Below are positions 1 through 12,498 of a stretch of DNA of 64,000 nucleotides, in pieces; within the stretch, counting starts at the first letter, position 1; each line of letters starts with the position of its first letter. The stretch is from an uncultured Gemmatimonadaceae bacterium (GTDB taxonomy: Bacteria; Gemmatimonadota; Gemmatimonadetes; Gemmatimonadales; Gemmatimonadaceae). A program made the position numbers and the translations under genes. The stretch covers positions 928,001 through 992,000 of the forward strand of contig CAVXGK010000002.1 of NCBI GenBank assembly GCA_963761305.1, given 5' to 3'. The notes beneath the pieces are model-generated. The model had not been told where the DNA came from. It searched no databases and saw only the letters and a program-made list of their open reading frames with translations.

Positions 1-236
1 CCGCTGCCGGGCACCACCGCCGACATGAGCGGCGCCAGCCGCCGGACGCGAATGTCGGCGATGCCCGGCGTGTTCGACGGCGGACGGCGGCCGTCGAGCG
101 CCGACGTCGAATCGAGGACCGGGCGGCCGGCGACGTAAACGCCGGCGCGCAAGCCGTCGACTTGCTGCGCGTCGACCGCGCGGCCACCGAGCACGGACAC
201 CACGACCGCCGCGGCGATTCGCCCGACGGCGCGCAT
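1..236 (-). CDS. Secreted/membrane hypothetical protein, 5' part only (runs off window)
   Basis: ATG at 236 overlaps the upstream stop (ATGA). It reads MRAVGRIAAAVVVSVLGGRAVDAQQ (signal-peptide-like) ... SAVVPGSG and stays open to the window edge. Confidence 0.6.
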   Translation of the reverse strand, partial: MRAVGRIAAAVVVSVLGGRAVDAQQVDGLRAGVYVAGRPVLDSTSALDGRRPPSNTPGIADIRVRRLAPLMSAVVPGS

Positions 237-1240
237 CAGTAGAGATACCTCAGCGCGATGAACGTCGGCGTCACGCCGGACTGCTGGCCGACGTCGGTGA
301 GCATTCGCGCAAGATCGACGTGCAGCTTGCCCGTCGAGATGCCCAGGCCGAACGTGAGTCCCGACCCCGTGGGACCGTTCACCACGTACCCCGCGCGAAG
401 CTGATAACGATCCTTATATGAGACTTCACCGCCGAGGTCGAGCCCCGGCGATGCGCTCGGGCTGAACGCCCACACGATGTCCGCTGCGGCGCGCAGTCGC
501 ACGTCGGGCGGCAGCTGCGCGAGCTTCGGCGCCGAGGCGACGCCAAAAGCGATTCTGCTCGGCAGATCGTCGGCCTGCGGCGCGTCGTTGATCTGGAGCT
601 TGAACCCGATGTTGCGGAGCGCAACGCCGAGCATGAGCGCGGAGTCGCTCGTCACGATGTACTGTGCGCCGAGATCGAGCGCACCGGTTTGGGGTGGCGT
701 CGCGGACGCGGGCGAATCCGCGCAACTCCCGGTGCACGGAAAGCTGATACGCAGCACCTTGGCGGTGAGTCCCAATGCGAGCCGGTCGCCGAATGGCGCC
801 GCGAACGTCGCGGCGAAGATGGTGCTCTGTGGAAAGAAGCTGCCGATCTGTACGCCGGTGGACGTGTCGGTCGACGCCTGATCGCCGAAATTGAGATATC
901 GCAAACTCAATCCGAACGCGCCGATCTTCGGCACGGCGTAGATGAACGCGAACCCCGCGTCAGTCCCGGTTTGCGTCGACAGCGTCTGGGTCACCTGAAG
1001 CGCGGCCTCGCGCGGTCCGCGGGCGATCAACGCGGGATTCCACCACAGCGCGTCCGACCCGACCGCGGCCGCCGTCGCCGCCTGGCCCATGCCGAGCGTG
1101 CGCGCTCCGATCGGGAGAATGAACTCCAGACCTCCCTGCGTCTCGGGCGTCGCCTGTGCCGACGCCACGCCCGCCACCGCGCAGAACATCAGAAAGCTGT
1201 ACGCGAGCCGGCGCGGGACGAGCCGCGTCGCGCTCGCCAA
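236..1240 (-). CDS. PorV/PorQ-family outer-membrane beta-barrel protein
   Basis: Signal peptide followed by FILPIGARTLGMGQA...SDALWWNPA (family signature) and a C-terminal aromatic strand ALRYLY. Start is uncertain (TTG 1240 or ATG 1189). Confidence 0.8.
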   Translation of the reverse strand: MASATRLVPRRLAYSFLMFCAVAGVASAQATPETQGGLEFILPIGARTLGMGQAATAAAVGSDALWWNPALIARGPREAALQVTQTLSTQTGTDAGFAFIYAVPKIGAFGLSLRYLNFGDQASTDTSTGVQIGSFFPQSTIFAATFAAPFGDRLALGLTAKVLRISFPCTGSCADSPASATPPQTGALDLGAQYIVTSDSALMLGVALRNIGFKLQINDAPQADDLPSRIAFGVASAPKLAQLPPDVRLRAAADIVWAFSPSASPGLDLGGEVSYKDRYQLRAGYVVNGPTGSGLTFGLGISTGKLHVDLARMLTDVGQQSGVTPTFIALRYLY

Positions 1241-1251
1241 ACTGCGAATAC

Positions 1252-1425
1252 TCAGAACGGCGTCGCCTCGTCGATGAGCATGACTGGAATCCCATCGCGG
1301 ACGGCATACTTCAAACGATCCTTGTGGCAGACGAGCACTGACTCCGCCTCCACATACTCGAGATCGCCCTTGCACTTCGGGCAGACGAGAATCGCGAGCA
1401 GCTGCTCGGGTGGACGAATTGTCAT
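1252..1425 (-). CDS. Trm112/YcaR family protein
   Basis: 57 aa: [14 protein letters not shown]...[18 protein letters not shown] overlaps the era stop. Confidence 0.9.
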   Translation of the reverse strand: MTIRPPEQLLAILVCPKCKGDLEYVEAESVLVCHKDRLKYAVRDGIPVMLIDEATPF

Positions 1426-2303
1426 GGCGTGCTGTCCTCCGGAATCGTGTAACCAAGGCGCGCGAGCGCATGCGGATTCCGCCGCCAGTTTGGTAGGACC
1501 TTGACCCACAGGTCGAGGTACACGGGCGACCCCACGAGCGTCTCGATCTTTCGGCGGCTGTCGCGCCCGATGGCGCGAATCCGCCGACCCCCCGAGCCGA
1601 TGAGGATGCGCTTCTGGCTGTCGCGCTCGACATGGAGGACCGCACGAATGTAAACCGGCGTTTGCGCTTCCCGGAACTCCTCGATGACGCACGCAACTCC
1701 GTATGGCAACTCGTCGTCGAGCTGCTCGAACGCCGTCTCACGAATCAGCTCCGACGTAAAGAACCTCACCGTCTGAGTGCTGAGCTCGTCTTCGGGGTAC
1801 AGGAACGGGCTCTCCGGTAGCAGCGACGCGAGGCGGGCGACGAGCGCGTCGACGCCTTCGCCCGTCGCCGCGCTGACGAGAGATGCCTCGGGGAGGCGCG
1901 CAGCCAGTGCCTGGCGACGCGCCGCGGGCACGACATCGAGCTTGTTCAACGCCACCACGATCGGCGCACGCGGCGGACGTTGGAGCCCGGCCAAGTCCGC
2001 CAGCGGCTCGGGATCTCCGGCGGCCGCATCGGCGAGATAGAGAATGACGTCCGCGTCGGCCAGCGCGGCGAGAGCCGTGGCGCGCATCGAGCGCTGCAAG
2101 GCATATCGGGGGTCGAGCAGGCCGGGCGTGTCGAGCAGAACGATCTGCGCGTCGCCGGCGGAATGAATGCCGACGATGCGGTCGCGCGTCGACTGCGGCT
2201 TGGGGCTGACGATCGCGAGCTTTTCGCCGACGATGCGATTGAGCAGCGTCGACTTGCCGGCGTTGGGCTTCCCGGCGACGGTGACGATGCCGGCGCGTGG
2301 CAC
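1422..2303 (-). CDS. era: GTPase Era
   Basis: [18 protein letters not shown] and NKLD motifs plus a C-terminal KH domain (SQKRILIG...LDLWVKV). Confidence 0.97.
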   Translation of the reverse strand: MPRAGIVTVAGKPNAGKSTLLNRIVGEKLAIVSPKPQSTRDRIVGIHSAGDAQIVLLDTPGLLDPRYALQRSMRATALAALADADVILYLADAAAGDPEPLADLAGLQRPPRAPIVVALNKLDVVPAARRQALAARLPEASLVSAATGEGVDALVARLASLLPESPFLYPEDELSTQTVRFFTSELIRETAFEQLDDELPYGVACVIEEFREAQTPVYIRAVLHVERDSQKRILIGSGGRRIRAIGRDSRRKIETLVGSPVYLDLWVKVLPNWRRNPHALARLGYTIPEDSTP

Positions 2304-2332
2304 GGAAGGGGGCGTGGGGAGCAGTTGGGGAA

Positions 2333-2445
2333 GGCAGCCGGACGGCTGGACGGCCAGACAGCTTGACGGCCGGACCGCGGGAGGGCAATGACGCGGGTCG
2401 CTCTTCTCGACCGGTCGAGCCGTCAGGCGGTCAAGCCGTCAGGCC
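2333..2445. repeat. Two oppositely oriented degenerate octamer arrays (GACnGnnn) forming an imperfect palindrome
   Basis: Plus strand 2333-2380: ggcagccg gacggctg gacggcca gacagctt gacggccg gaccgcgg. Minus strand 2440-2409: gacggctt gaccgcct gacggctc gaccggtc. Confidence 0.8.
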
Positions 2446-2483
2446 AAAACACAAATGCCCCAGCCGAACGGCTGAGGCATTTG
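2446..2483 (-). terminator. Intrinsic terminator of the rrn operon
   Basis: Minus strand CAAATGCCTCAGCCG-TT-CGGCTGGGGCATTTG followed by TGTTTT, just downstream of 5S. Confidence 0.85.
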
Positions 2484-2507
2484 GGGTTTCCGAGGAAACC
2501 AAGGGGG

Positions 2508-2624
2508 TGCCGGCGACGGCCTACTCTCCCGCGCTCTCGCGAGCGGAGTACCATCGGCGCTGTAGGGCTTAACGATCGTGTTCGGAATGGGAACGAGTGT
2601 GGCCCCTACGCTCTAGTCGCCAGC
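2508..2624 (-). rRNA. rrf: 5S ribosomal RNA
   Basis: Conserved 5S segments CCCATTCCGAAC...GTTAAG...GCCGATGGTACT...GGGAGAGTAGG. Ends are approximate. Confidence 0.95.
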
Positions 2625-2794
2625 GAAAAAATCGGTTGTCAACGCACGACAAGAAAGCAAAAAAAACGAGAAACTGAAGAGGAATGACGACGGAGGATTT
2701 GGTAGATGGTATTTATGGATCTTTGATCAAGATCGTGCTGCTCTGCTTGCGATATTGGAGCTTGTTGCTCCTGGTGGTCGAAACCACTGGGAGT

Positions 2795-5753
<2,959 letters not shown>

Positions 5754-6062
5754 ACAAAGCTGATATTGTAGCAAGCAGATTACGCGCGATCTTTTTCAGA
5801 TCATTGTTACGAGTGACAATCATTTCAAAAAACGAAATAAAAAGTCTCTCTTCAGATTCACAAATCCGCGATCTACCAAATCCATCCGTTGTCAAACAGC
5901 GTTGACGCTCGCGGCGCACAGGTCTCCCTGCGCCACCGGGCATCGAAGCGAAAATCAAACGTGGGAAGAACGATGTACGAGACGAGCGACTTACGGACTC
6001 TTTCAGTCACACGGCCACGCCGAACAAGTTCGACGCGCACCGGGACCTACTCGACAGTTCCG

Positions 6063-7587
<1,525 letters not shown>

Positions 7588-7808
7588 GAGTATTTGACTA
7601 GCTCGTTCAGACTCCGCTGTCTCACGCTGTCACTTTCGCTTGAGCGAAGACAGCGCGTCCGAATCACGAAATGTTCAGGTTTGAACTCTCCCCTTGGGCC
7701 CCGAACAGGCACCAAGGATTAACGAGTTCGCCTCGCACATCCGTTCTTCCCACGTTCGATTGTCAATCAGCGATTGCAAAAGTCCTGTCGCATCTGCGAC
7801 AGCCTTTA

Positions 7809-7837
7809 ATTATATCCACGCGTAACGGTTGCGTCAA
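7809..7837 (-). promoter_or_regulatory. rrn proximal sigma70 promoter (P2)
   Basis: TTGACG-17 bp-TATAAT with an A/T-rich tract upstream (7846-7856). Confidence 0.85.
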
Positions 7838-7956
7838 GCGCAGAACTGAATTTTTTCGAGGGCGTCATTCCCGCCTCGCGTCGCCAAAAACGCCTCGCGC
7901 GCACCATCCAATCGGACTCGTGCGTCGCCATCGTTCCTGGCACCCAGCGGGCCTTG

Positions 7957-7985
7957 ATTCTACCCACGGACCGCAGCCGAAACAA
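7957..7985 (-). promoter_or_regulatory. rrn distal sigma70 promoter (P1), putative
   Basis: TTGTTT-17 bp-TAGAAT, 148 bp upstream of P2. Confidence 0.6.
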
Positions 7986-8037
7986 CCCCCGTTTCAGCCC
8001 GTCCAGCATTGCACGTCTCGCCGGCAAACTGAGCCTT

Positions 8038-8073
8038 GTACTCCCGGTACAGCTCGTACCGCCTGTACAGCTC
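8038..8073. repeat. Four 9-bp units with an invariant GTAC core
   Basis: gtactcccg gtacagctc gtaccgcct gtacagctc. Confidence 0.7.
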
Positions 8074-8125
8074 CCGAATCACCGACGCCGAGGCGCTCGG
8101 AAAAGAACCCCGTTCCCCGCCCCGT

Positions 8126-8169
8126 GTTCCAACACCATTCCAACCTCACTGCAACCCTACTCCAAAAAC
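8126..8169. repeat. Four degenerate 11-bp units (core TSCAA)
   Basis: gttccaacacc attccaacctc actgcaaccct actccaaaaac. Confidence 0.65.
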
Positions 8170-8192
8170 GACGCCGGCAATCTTCCGCCGGC
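8164..8192 (-). terminator. Probable intrinsic terminator of the tRNA cluster
   Basis: GCCGGC-GGAAGATT-GCCGGC followed by GTCGTTTTT right after tRNA-Lys. Confidence 0.55.
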
Positions 8193-8196
8193 CGCA

Positions 8197-8269
8197 TGGG
8201 CCGTGTAGGAATCGAACCTACAACCTAGCGATTAAGAGTCGCTTGCTCTGCCAATTGAGCTAACGGCCC
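8197..8269 (-). tRNA. tRNA-Lys (CTT)
   Basis: Cloverleaf GGGCCGTTAGCTCAATTGG...GCGAC-T-CTT-AA-TCGC...GGTTCGATTCC...CGGCCCA. CCA is not encoded. Confidence 0.95.
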
Positions 8270-8319
8270 GCTCCATCGTGCAAACCCGGAGCAAACTCGC
8301 AGTCACCCACAGAGTCGTG

Positions 8320-8396
8320 TGGCGCGCCAGGAGGGAATCGAACCCCCGACCCACAGCTTAGAAGGCTGTTGCTCTATCCATCTGAGCTACTGGCGC
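8320..8396 (-). tRNA. tRNA-Arg (TCT)
   Basis: GCGCCAGTAGCTCAG...ACAGC-CT-TCT-AA-GCTGT...GGTTCGATTCC...TGGCGCGCCA. Confidence 0.95.
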
Positions 8397-8447
8397 TTCT
8401 CACCAATGGTGCCGCTGGTGCCACGCGATCGTGCCGGTTCCTGCAGG

Positions 8448-8521
8448 TCGGGGCGCCCGGATTTGAACCGGGGACCTCCTGCTCCCAAAGCAGGCGCGAT
8501 ACCAGGCTACGCTACGCCCCG
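8448..8521 (-). tRNA. tRNA-Pro (TGG)
   Basis: CGGGGCGTAGCGTAGCCTGG...CCTGC-TT-TGG-GA-GCAGG...GGTTCAAATCC...CGCCCCGA. Confidence 0.95.
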
Positions 8522-8531
8522 CGAGCCTCCC

Positions 8532-8560
8532 AATGTACCGACGGCTCGAGGCGGAATCAA
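8532..8560 (-). promoter_or_regulatory. sigma70 promoter of the tRNA cluster
   Basis: TTGATT-17 bp-TACATT, 10 nt upstream of tRNA-Pro. Confidence 0.7.
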
Positions 8561-9210
8561 CTGTGACGCACCGACTTCCGCGCCACCTCGGGACGGTCGA
8601 CGAGCACGTCCAGCAACGCGCCGAACGCTCGCGCCCGATGGCTCACCCTCTCCTTCTCCTCGCGCGTCGCCTCGCCGAACGTCCGTCCGCCAAGCTCGTC
8701 GGCCTCGAAGTAGGGATCATATCCGAACCCGTCGTCGCCGCGCGGCCGGTCGACGATGCGACCGTGCACCTCGCCACGCCGCACGATCTCGCCGGTCGAA
8801 TCCACGTACGCCGCGGCGCACACGTAATACGCGCGGCGGTCGTCGATGCCCTGGAGTCGCTCGAGCAGCAGGCGATTGTTTTCCTCATCGAGCGCGCGTC
8901 CGCTGAGATCGGGCCGGCCGCTCCACCGCTTGCTCTTCACGCCGGGCAGTCCGCCGAGCGCCGGCACCACGAGGCCGGAATCGTCGGCGGCGGTGGGAAG
9001 CCCCGTCTGTTGATGAAAGTGTCGCGCTTTGGCCAGCGCGTTCCCCTCGAAGCTGTCGAGCATCTCGAGCTCGTCCTCGACACGCGACTCGACGACGCCC
9101 GCGGCGTCGAGTCCCAACGCGGAGATGCCGCGCGCGGCGCAGATCGGCACCAGCTCGCGAAGCTTGCCCGTGCTGCGCGTCGCGAGCAGCAGCACGGCCT
9201 CCACGTTCAC
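8557..9210 (-). CDS. rdgB: Non-canonical purine NTP pyrophosphatase (Ham1/RdgB)
   Basis: [24 protein letters not shown] and SHRARA motifs. Follows rph. Confidence 0.95.
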   Translation of the reverse strand: MNVEAVLLLATRSTGKLRELVPICAARGISALGLDAAGVVESRVEDELEMLDSFEGNALAKARHFHQQTGLPTAADDSGLVVPALGGLPGVKSKRWSGRPDLSGRALDEENNRLLLERLQGIDDRRAYYVCAAAYVDSTGEIVRRGEVHGRIVDRPRGDDGFGYDPYFEADELGGRTFGEATREEKERVSHRARAFGALLDVLVDRPEVARKSVRHS

Positions 9211-9962
9211 GCGCCTCGAGGGAGCGGGGCGTCGAGCGCGTCGCGCTGCGCCGCGTCCAGCTCACCAATCCCTTTCACCGCCAGCTCGATGAGCCGATCC
9301 AACTCGGCGCGGTCGAACGTGCCGTGTTCGCCGGTTCCCTGTACTTCGACGAAGCGTCCTTCGCTACTCATCACGACGTTCATGTCCACAGCGGCGCGAA
9401 CGTCCTCCTCGTAGTCGAGGTCGAGCCGCGGAGCGGTGCCGATCACGCCGACGCTGACCGCGGACACGCGCCGCTTGATCGGCGTGCGGTTCAGACGCCC
9501 GGTGCCGACGAGCCACGAGAAGGCATCGCTCACGGCGACGCAGGCGCCGGTGATCGACGCGGTGCGCGTGCCGCCGTCGGCGAGCAGCACGTCGCAGTCG
9601 AGCTTGATCGTGAACTCGCCGAACTTGAAGTCGTCGAGCATCGCGCGCACGCTGCGCCCGATCAGACGCTGGATCTCCTGCGTCCGGCCGCCGACCTGCG
9701 AGCGCTCGCGCGAGGTGCGCGTCCGGGTCGCGCGCGGGAGCATCGCGTACTCGGCGGTGAGCCACCCTTCGCCGCGGCCGCGCTTCCACGCCGGCACGCC
9801 GTCCTCGACCGACGCGGTGCACAGCACGCGTGTCGCGCCGAACGAGACGAGGCACGAGCCCTCGGCGTACGGCGCAACGCCGCGCTCGAGGGTCACCGGG
9901 CGCATCTCGTCGTCGCGCCGGGCGGTGCGATCTATTTGAATTGTCTGAAGGTCAGCGGCCAC
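9207..9962 (-). CDS. rph: Ribonuclease PH
   Basis: [27 protein letters not shown] and [12 protein letters not shown]. Confidence 0.97.
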   Translation of the reverse strand: MAADLQTIQIDRTARRDDEMRPVTLERGVAPYAEGSCLVSFGATRVLCTASVEDGVPAWKRGRGEGWLTAEYAMLPRATRTRTSRERSQVGGRTQEIQRLIGRSVRAMLDDFKFGEFTIKLDCDVLLADGGTRTASITGACVAVSDAFSWLVGTGRLNRTPIKRRVSAVSVGVIGTAPRLDLDYEEDVRAAVDMNVVMSSEGRFVEVQGTGEHGTFDRAELDRLIELAVKGIGELDAAQRDALDAPLPRGA

Positions 9963-10440
9963 GCACTCGCTCGATCGTGGAAGTCGTCGAATGACCGGGC
10001 GTGAGCGGGACGACGACGACTTCGCCGCCCCACGCCCGCAGTTCGTCCGCGCCGACGATCGTCGATTCGCTGTAGTCGCCCCCCTTCACGAGGACGTCCG
10101 GACGCAGCGCGCGGATCAACTCGAGCGGCGTGTCCTCGTCGAAAATCACGACGGCGTCGACCATCGTCAGCGCGGCCAGAACATAACAGCGGGCGCCCTC
10201 GTCGCGCACCGGCCGCGTCAACCCTTTGAGCCGGCGCACCGAGGCGTCGCTGTTGACGCCGACGACGAGGTAATCGCCCGCGCGACGCGCCGCGAGGAGC
10301 ACGTCGAGGTGGCCGGTGTGCAGCAGGTCGAAGACGCCGTTCGTGAAGACGACGCGTCCTTCCTCGATCCGACCAGCCCGCCACTCGCGCGCGCGATCCC
10401 AGGGAAGGATCTTCTCGCGCGGGTCGGCGGCGTCGCTCAA
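9952..10440 (-). CDS. rfaE2: D-glycero-beta-D-manno-heptose 1-phosphate adenylyltransferase
   Basis: [32 protein letters not shown] and STTS. Stand-alone cytidylyltransferase-fold protein. Confidence 0.92.
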   Translation of the reverse strand: MSDAADPREKILPWDRAREWRAGRIEEGRVVFTNGVFDLLHTGHLDVLLAARRAGDYLVVGVNSDASVRRLKGLTRPVRDEGARCYVLAALTMVDAVVIFDEDTPLELIRALRPDVLVKGGDYSESTIVGADELRAWGGEVVVVPLTPGHSTTSTIERVRGR

Positions 10441-10790
10441 AGGGGCCCTTCGGCGCTCGGGTGGAAGTGCAGCTGCCGAACGTGGCCCGGCAGCTCGACC
10501 GGCTCGTCGTAGTCCGACTCGATCGAGATGTACCCCCGGTCGCGATGAATCTTTATGTGACCCGCCTCCTCGGGGAGGCCGAGGGAGTCGGCCACGGCGC
10601 GCAACCGAACGACGATGACGTCATTCGTGTTGTGCGAGGCGAACCGCACTTCCTGCTGGATGTCGTCCCGGAATTCGTAGAAACGCCAGTAGGCCTGGGC
10701 CACGTTCACGCCGAAGTACACCACGGCCGCGATGACGAGGACGCTGAACAGACAGCCCATCGTGCTGGCCCCGCGCCGCGTGGTCACCAA
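10437..10790 (-). CDS. Small single-pass membrane protein with pilin-like N-terminus (DUF4845-like)
   Basis: [23 protein letters not shown] hydrophobic helix followed by a soluble domain. Coupled to both neighbours. Confidence 0.65.
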   Translation of the reverse strand: MVTTRRGASTMGCLFSVLVIAAVVYFGVNVAQAYWRFYEFRDDIQQEVRFASHNTNDVIVVRLRAVADSLGLPEEAGHIKIHRDRGYISIESDYDEPVELPGHVRQLHFHPSAEGPL

Positions 10791-11281
10791 TTGCTTTGCA
10801 CCCCGTCGACGATCTGCTGGACGAGCTTTTCGATCGCCTGCTTTCGGCCGTCCGCTTCGGCGCGCTCGTTATAGTCGGCCTCGCCGCGGAGCGCCTTGCT
10901 GGTGAACAGCGTGTGGCCGTTCGATTGGTCGATGATGTCCACTTCGAGGGTGATGGCGAGATGGCGGCGCGCGGTGAGGGCCTGCTGCGGATTGGCGTTG
11001 AAGCCCACTGGAACGTCCGCGTCGTACGTCTGAATGACGCCCTTCACCAGGGCATCGGCGCGTTCCGGCGGCGCGTCGCGCACGCCGAGCTTGCGTTGCA
11101 GCTCCTCGTGCATGCGGTCGTACAGTTCCTTGGTGACGTCGGGCGACGCGGTCTGATTGTCGAACGTCGCGATGGCCATCGTATGAATGTTCGGCGGCAA
11201 CCCGCCCCCGGCGAGGCTATAGAAACAGCCCGCCAGCAGGAGGAGTGAGAGACTACTGATTGAACCGCCAAATCGCCGCAT
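10784..11281 (-). CDS. lptE: LptE-family LPS assembly lipoprotein
   Basis: Lipobox LLAGC, then YSLAGGGLPPNIHTMAIATFDNQT, ADALVKGVI and a C-terminal helix ending in W. Start is inferred. Confidence 0.8.
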   Translation of the reverse strand: MRRFGGSISSLSLLLLAGCFYSLAGGGLPPNIHTMAIATFDNQTASPDVTKELYDRMHEELQRKLGVRDAPPERADALVKGVIQTYDADVPVGFNANPQQALTARRHLAITLEVDIIDQSNGHTLFTSKALRGEADYNERAEADGRKQAIEKLVQQIVDGVQSNW

Positions 11282-11969
11282 CGAACTCGCCGCCATCTTC
11301 CGATTTTGTAATCGTGAGCTGCAGTGTGCGCCGCGCGCCTTCATTCCGATACTTCACGTGAGAGGGGTCGCTACGATCGACCCATTCTGCTACCCGCCCG
11401 TCCTGAACGCGTTCGACGCGAATCAGTGAGTCGCCGTGGTAGCTGAGCCGCCAGGTGGTGGGACGCCCGATGTCGGCTCGCAGAGTCGTACCCTCAACAC
11501 GAATGACGGTATCGGGAAGATTTGGCAACGCGACGCGCCCCAAAGCCGCCCAAAGCAGGGTTGCCGACGGAATGAGATCCTTCTGCCCTTCCGCGCCAGG
11601 GGGGGTTCGGAGCGAATCCGCGATCAGCACGACCATGCCGCCGCTGATCCCGCCGCCGAGGAAAAAGTCCAGCCGCGCACTATCGGGCGATGCGATACGG
11701 GCCGCTCCGTCGCCACGGGTGGTCATCGTGTACTGGCTGACCTCCCAGCTGAACACGACCTTGTGATGACCTGGCGCGATTTGGGCTCGCGGTAGTCGGC
11801 TCGCCGGCGCCAGATCGCCGGTCAGCGGCGTCAGCCTCGGCGGCGCGCAGGCACTCGAACCGGCGAGCGCGGCGACGGCGAGCGCGCGTGCGGCTCGCGC
11901 GCCGCGTGTTCGTCGTGGCAAGCCTGTTCGCGTCGAGCCTTGCGTCGAGCCTTGCGTCGCGCCGTGCAT
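11253..11969 (-). CDS. Hypothetical lipoprotein, possible LolA/LolB-like fold
   Basis: Arg-rich n-region and lipobox-like SSAC, then a beta-rich domain (GAARIASPDSARLDFF). Overlaps the stop of the thioesterase gene. Confidence 0.65.
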   Translation of the reverse strand: MHGATQGSTQGSTRTGLPRRTRGARAARALAVAALAGSSACAPPRLTPLTGDLAPASRLPRAQIAPGHHKVVFSWEVSQYTMTTRGDGAARIASPDSARLDFFLGGGISGGMVVLIADSLRTPPGAEGQKDLIPSATLLWAALGRVALPNLPDTVIRVEGTTLRADIGRPTTWRLSYHGDSLIRVERVQDGRVAEWVDRSDPSHVKYRNEGARRTLQLTITKSEDGGEFDAAIWRFNQ

Positions 11970-12433
11970 CACGCGCCTCGTCCTCCCAGCAACGGTTCGA
12001 ACAGCGCGCGCACCGCCGCCGGTATCGCCACCAACCGGCCGCTCGTGTCGATCGAGACGAGCGTGGTCCGCGCGCTCACGAGACGCTCGTCGGTGTCCGC
12101 GTTGGTGATCAGATAGTCGAACGTGATGCTCCGCGACCGCAGATCGGTGAGGGTCGTGCGTACCCGAATCAGGTCGTCGTAGCGCGCGGCGGCGTGGAAT
12201 CGTGCCGTAAGGTCGGACACCGCAAGACCGACGCCGGATCGCTCGATGTCGGCGTAGCTCATTCCGCGGGCGCGGATGAAGTCCGTACGGCCCACCTCGC
12301 ACCAGATGAGATAGTTCGTGTGGTAGACGACACCCATCTGGTCCGTTTCCGCGTAGCGCACGCGGAGCTGGATGTCGTGCGGCGGCAGCGCCGGAGGAGA
12401 CACGGTGCGGGAGGCCGCGGCATCGTTCGTCAC
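11969..12433 (-). CDS. YbgC/4HBT-family acyl-CoA thioesterase
   Basis: RVRYAETDQMGVVYHTNYL...EVGR hotdog-fold signature. Confidence 0.92.
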   Translation of the reverse strand: MTNDAAASRTVSPPALPPHDIQLRVRYAETDQMGVVYHTNYLIWCEVGRTDFIRARGMSYADIERSGVGLAVSDLTARFHAAARYDDLIRVRTTLTDLRSRSITFDYLITNADTDERLVSARTTLVSIDTSGRLVAIPAAVRALFEPLLGGRGA

Positions 12434-12462
12434 GTCGCGAAGGATCGTTGGGCGTGGTTTGT

Positions 12463-12491
12463 TTGTAAAGCGAGCGCGGCGTCAATAGAAT
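12463..12491 (+). promoter_or_regulatory. Putative sigma70 promoter of lpxH (leaderless spacing)
   Basis: TTGTAA-17 bp-TAGAAT, with 7 nt before the GTG start. Confidence 0.55.
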
Positions 12492-12498
12492 TCGTCGC

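Noticed and set aside
2333..2445. Possible CRISPR array or IS ends
   Set aside because: The units are 8 bp with no unique spacers, and there is no cas gene, transposase or target-site duplication.
11930..11960. 12-bp repeat GCGTCGAGCCTT in the lipoprotein N-terminus (TQGS-TQGS)
   Set aside because: It is an in-frame duplication of about 2.5 copies in a signal n-region, with no evidence of function.
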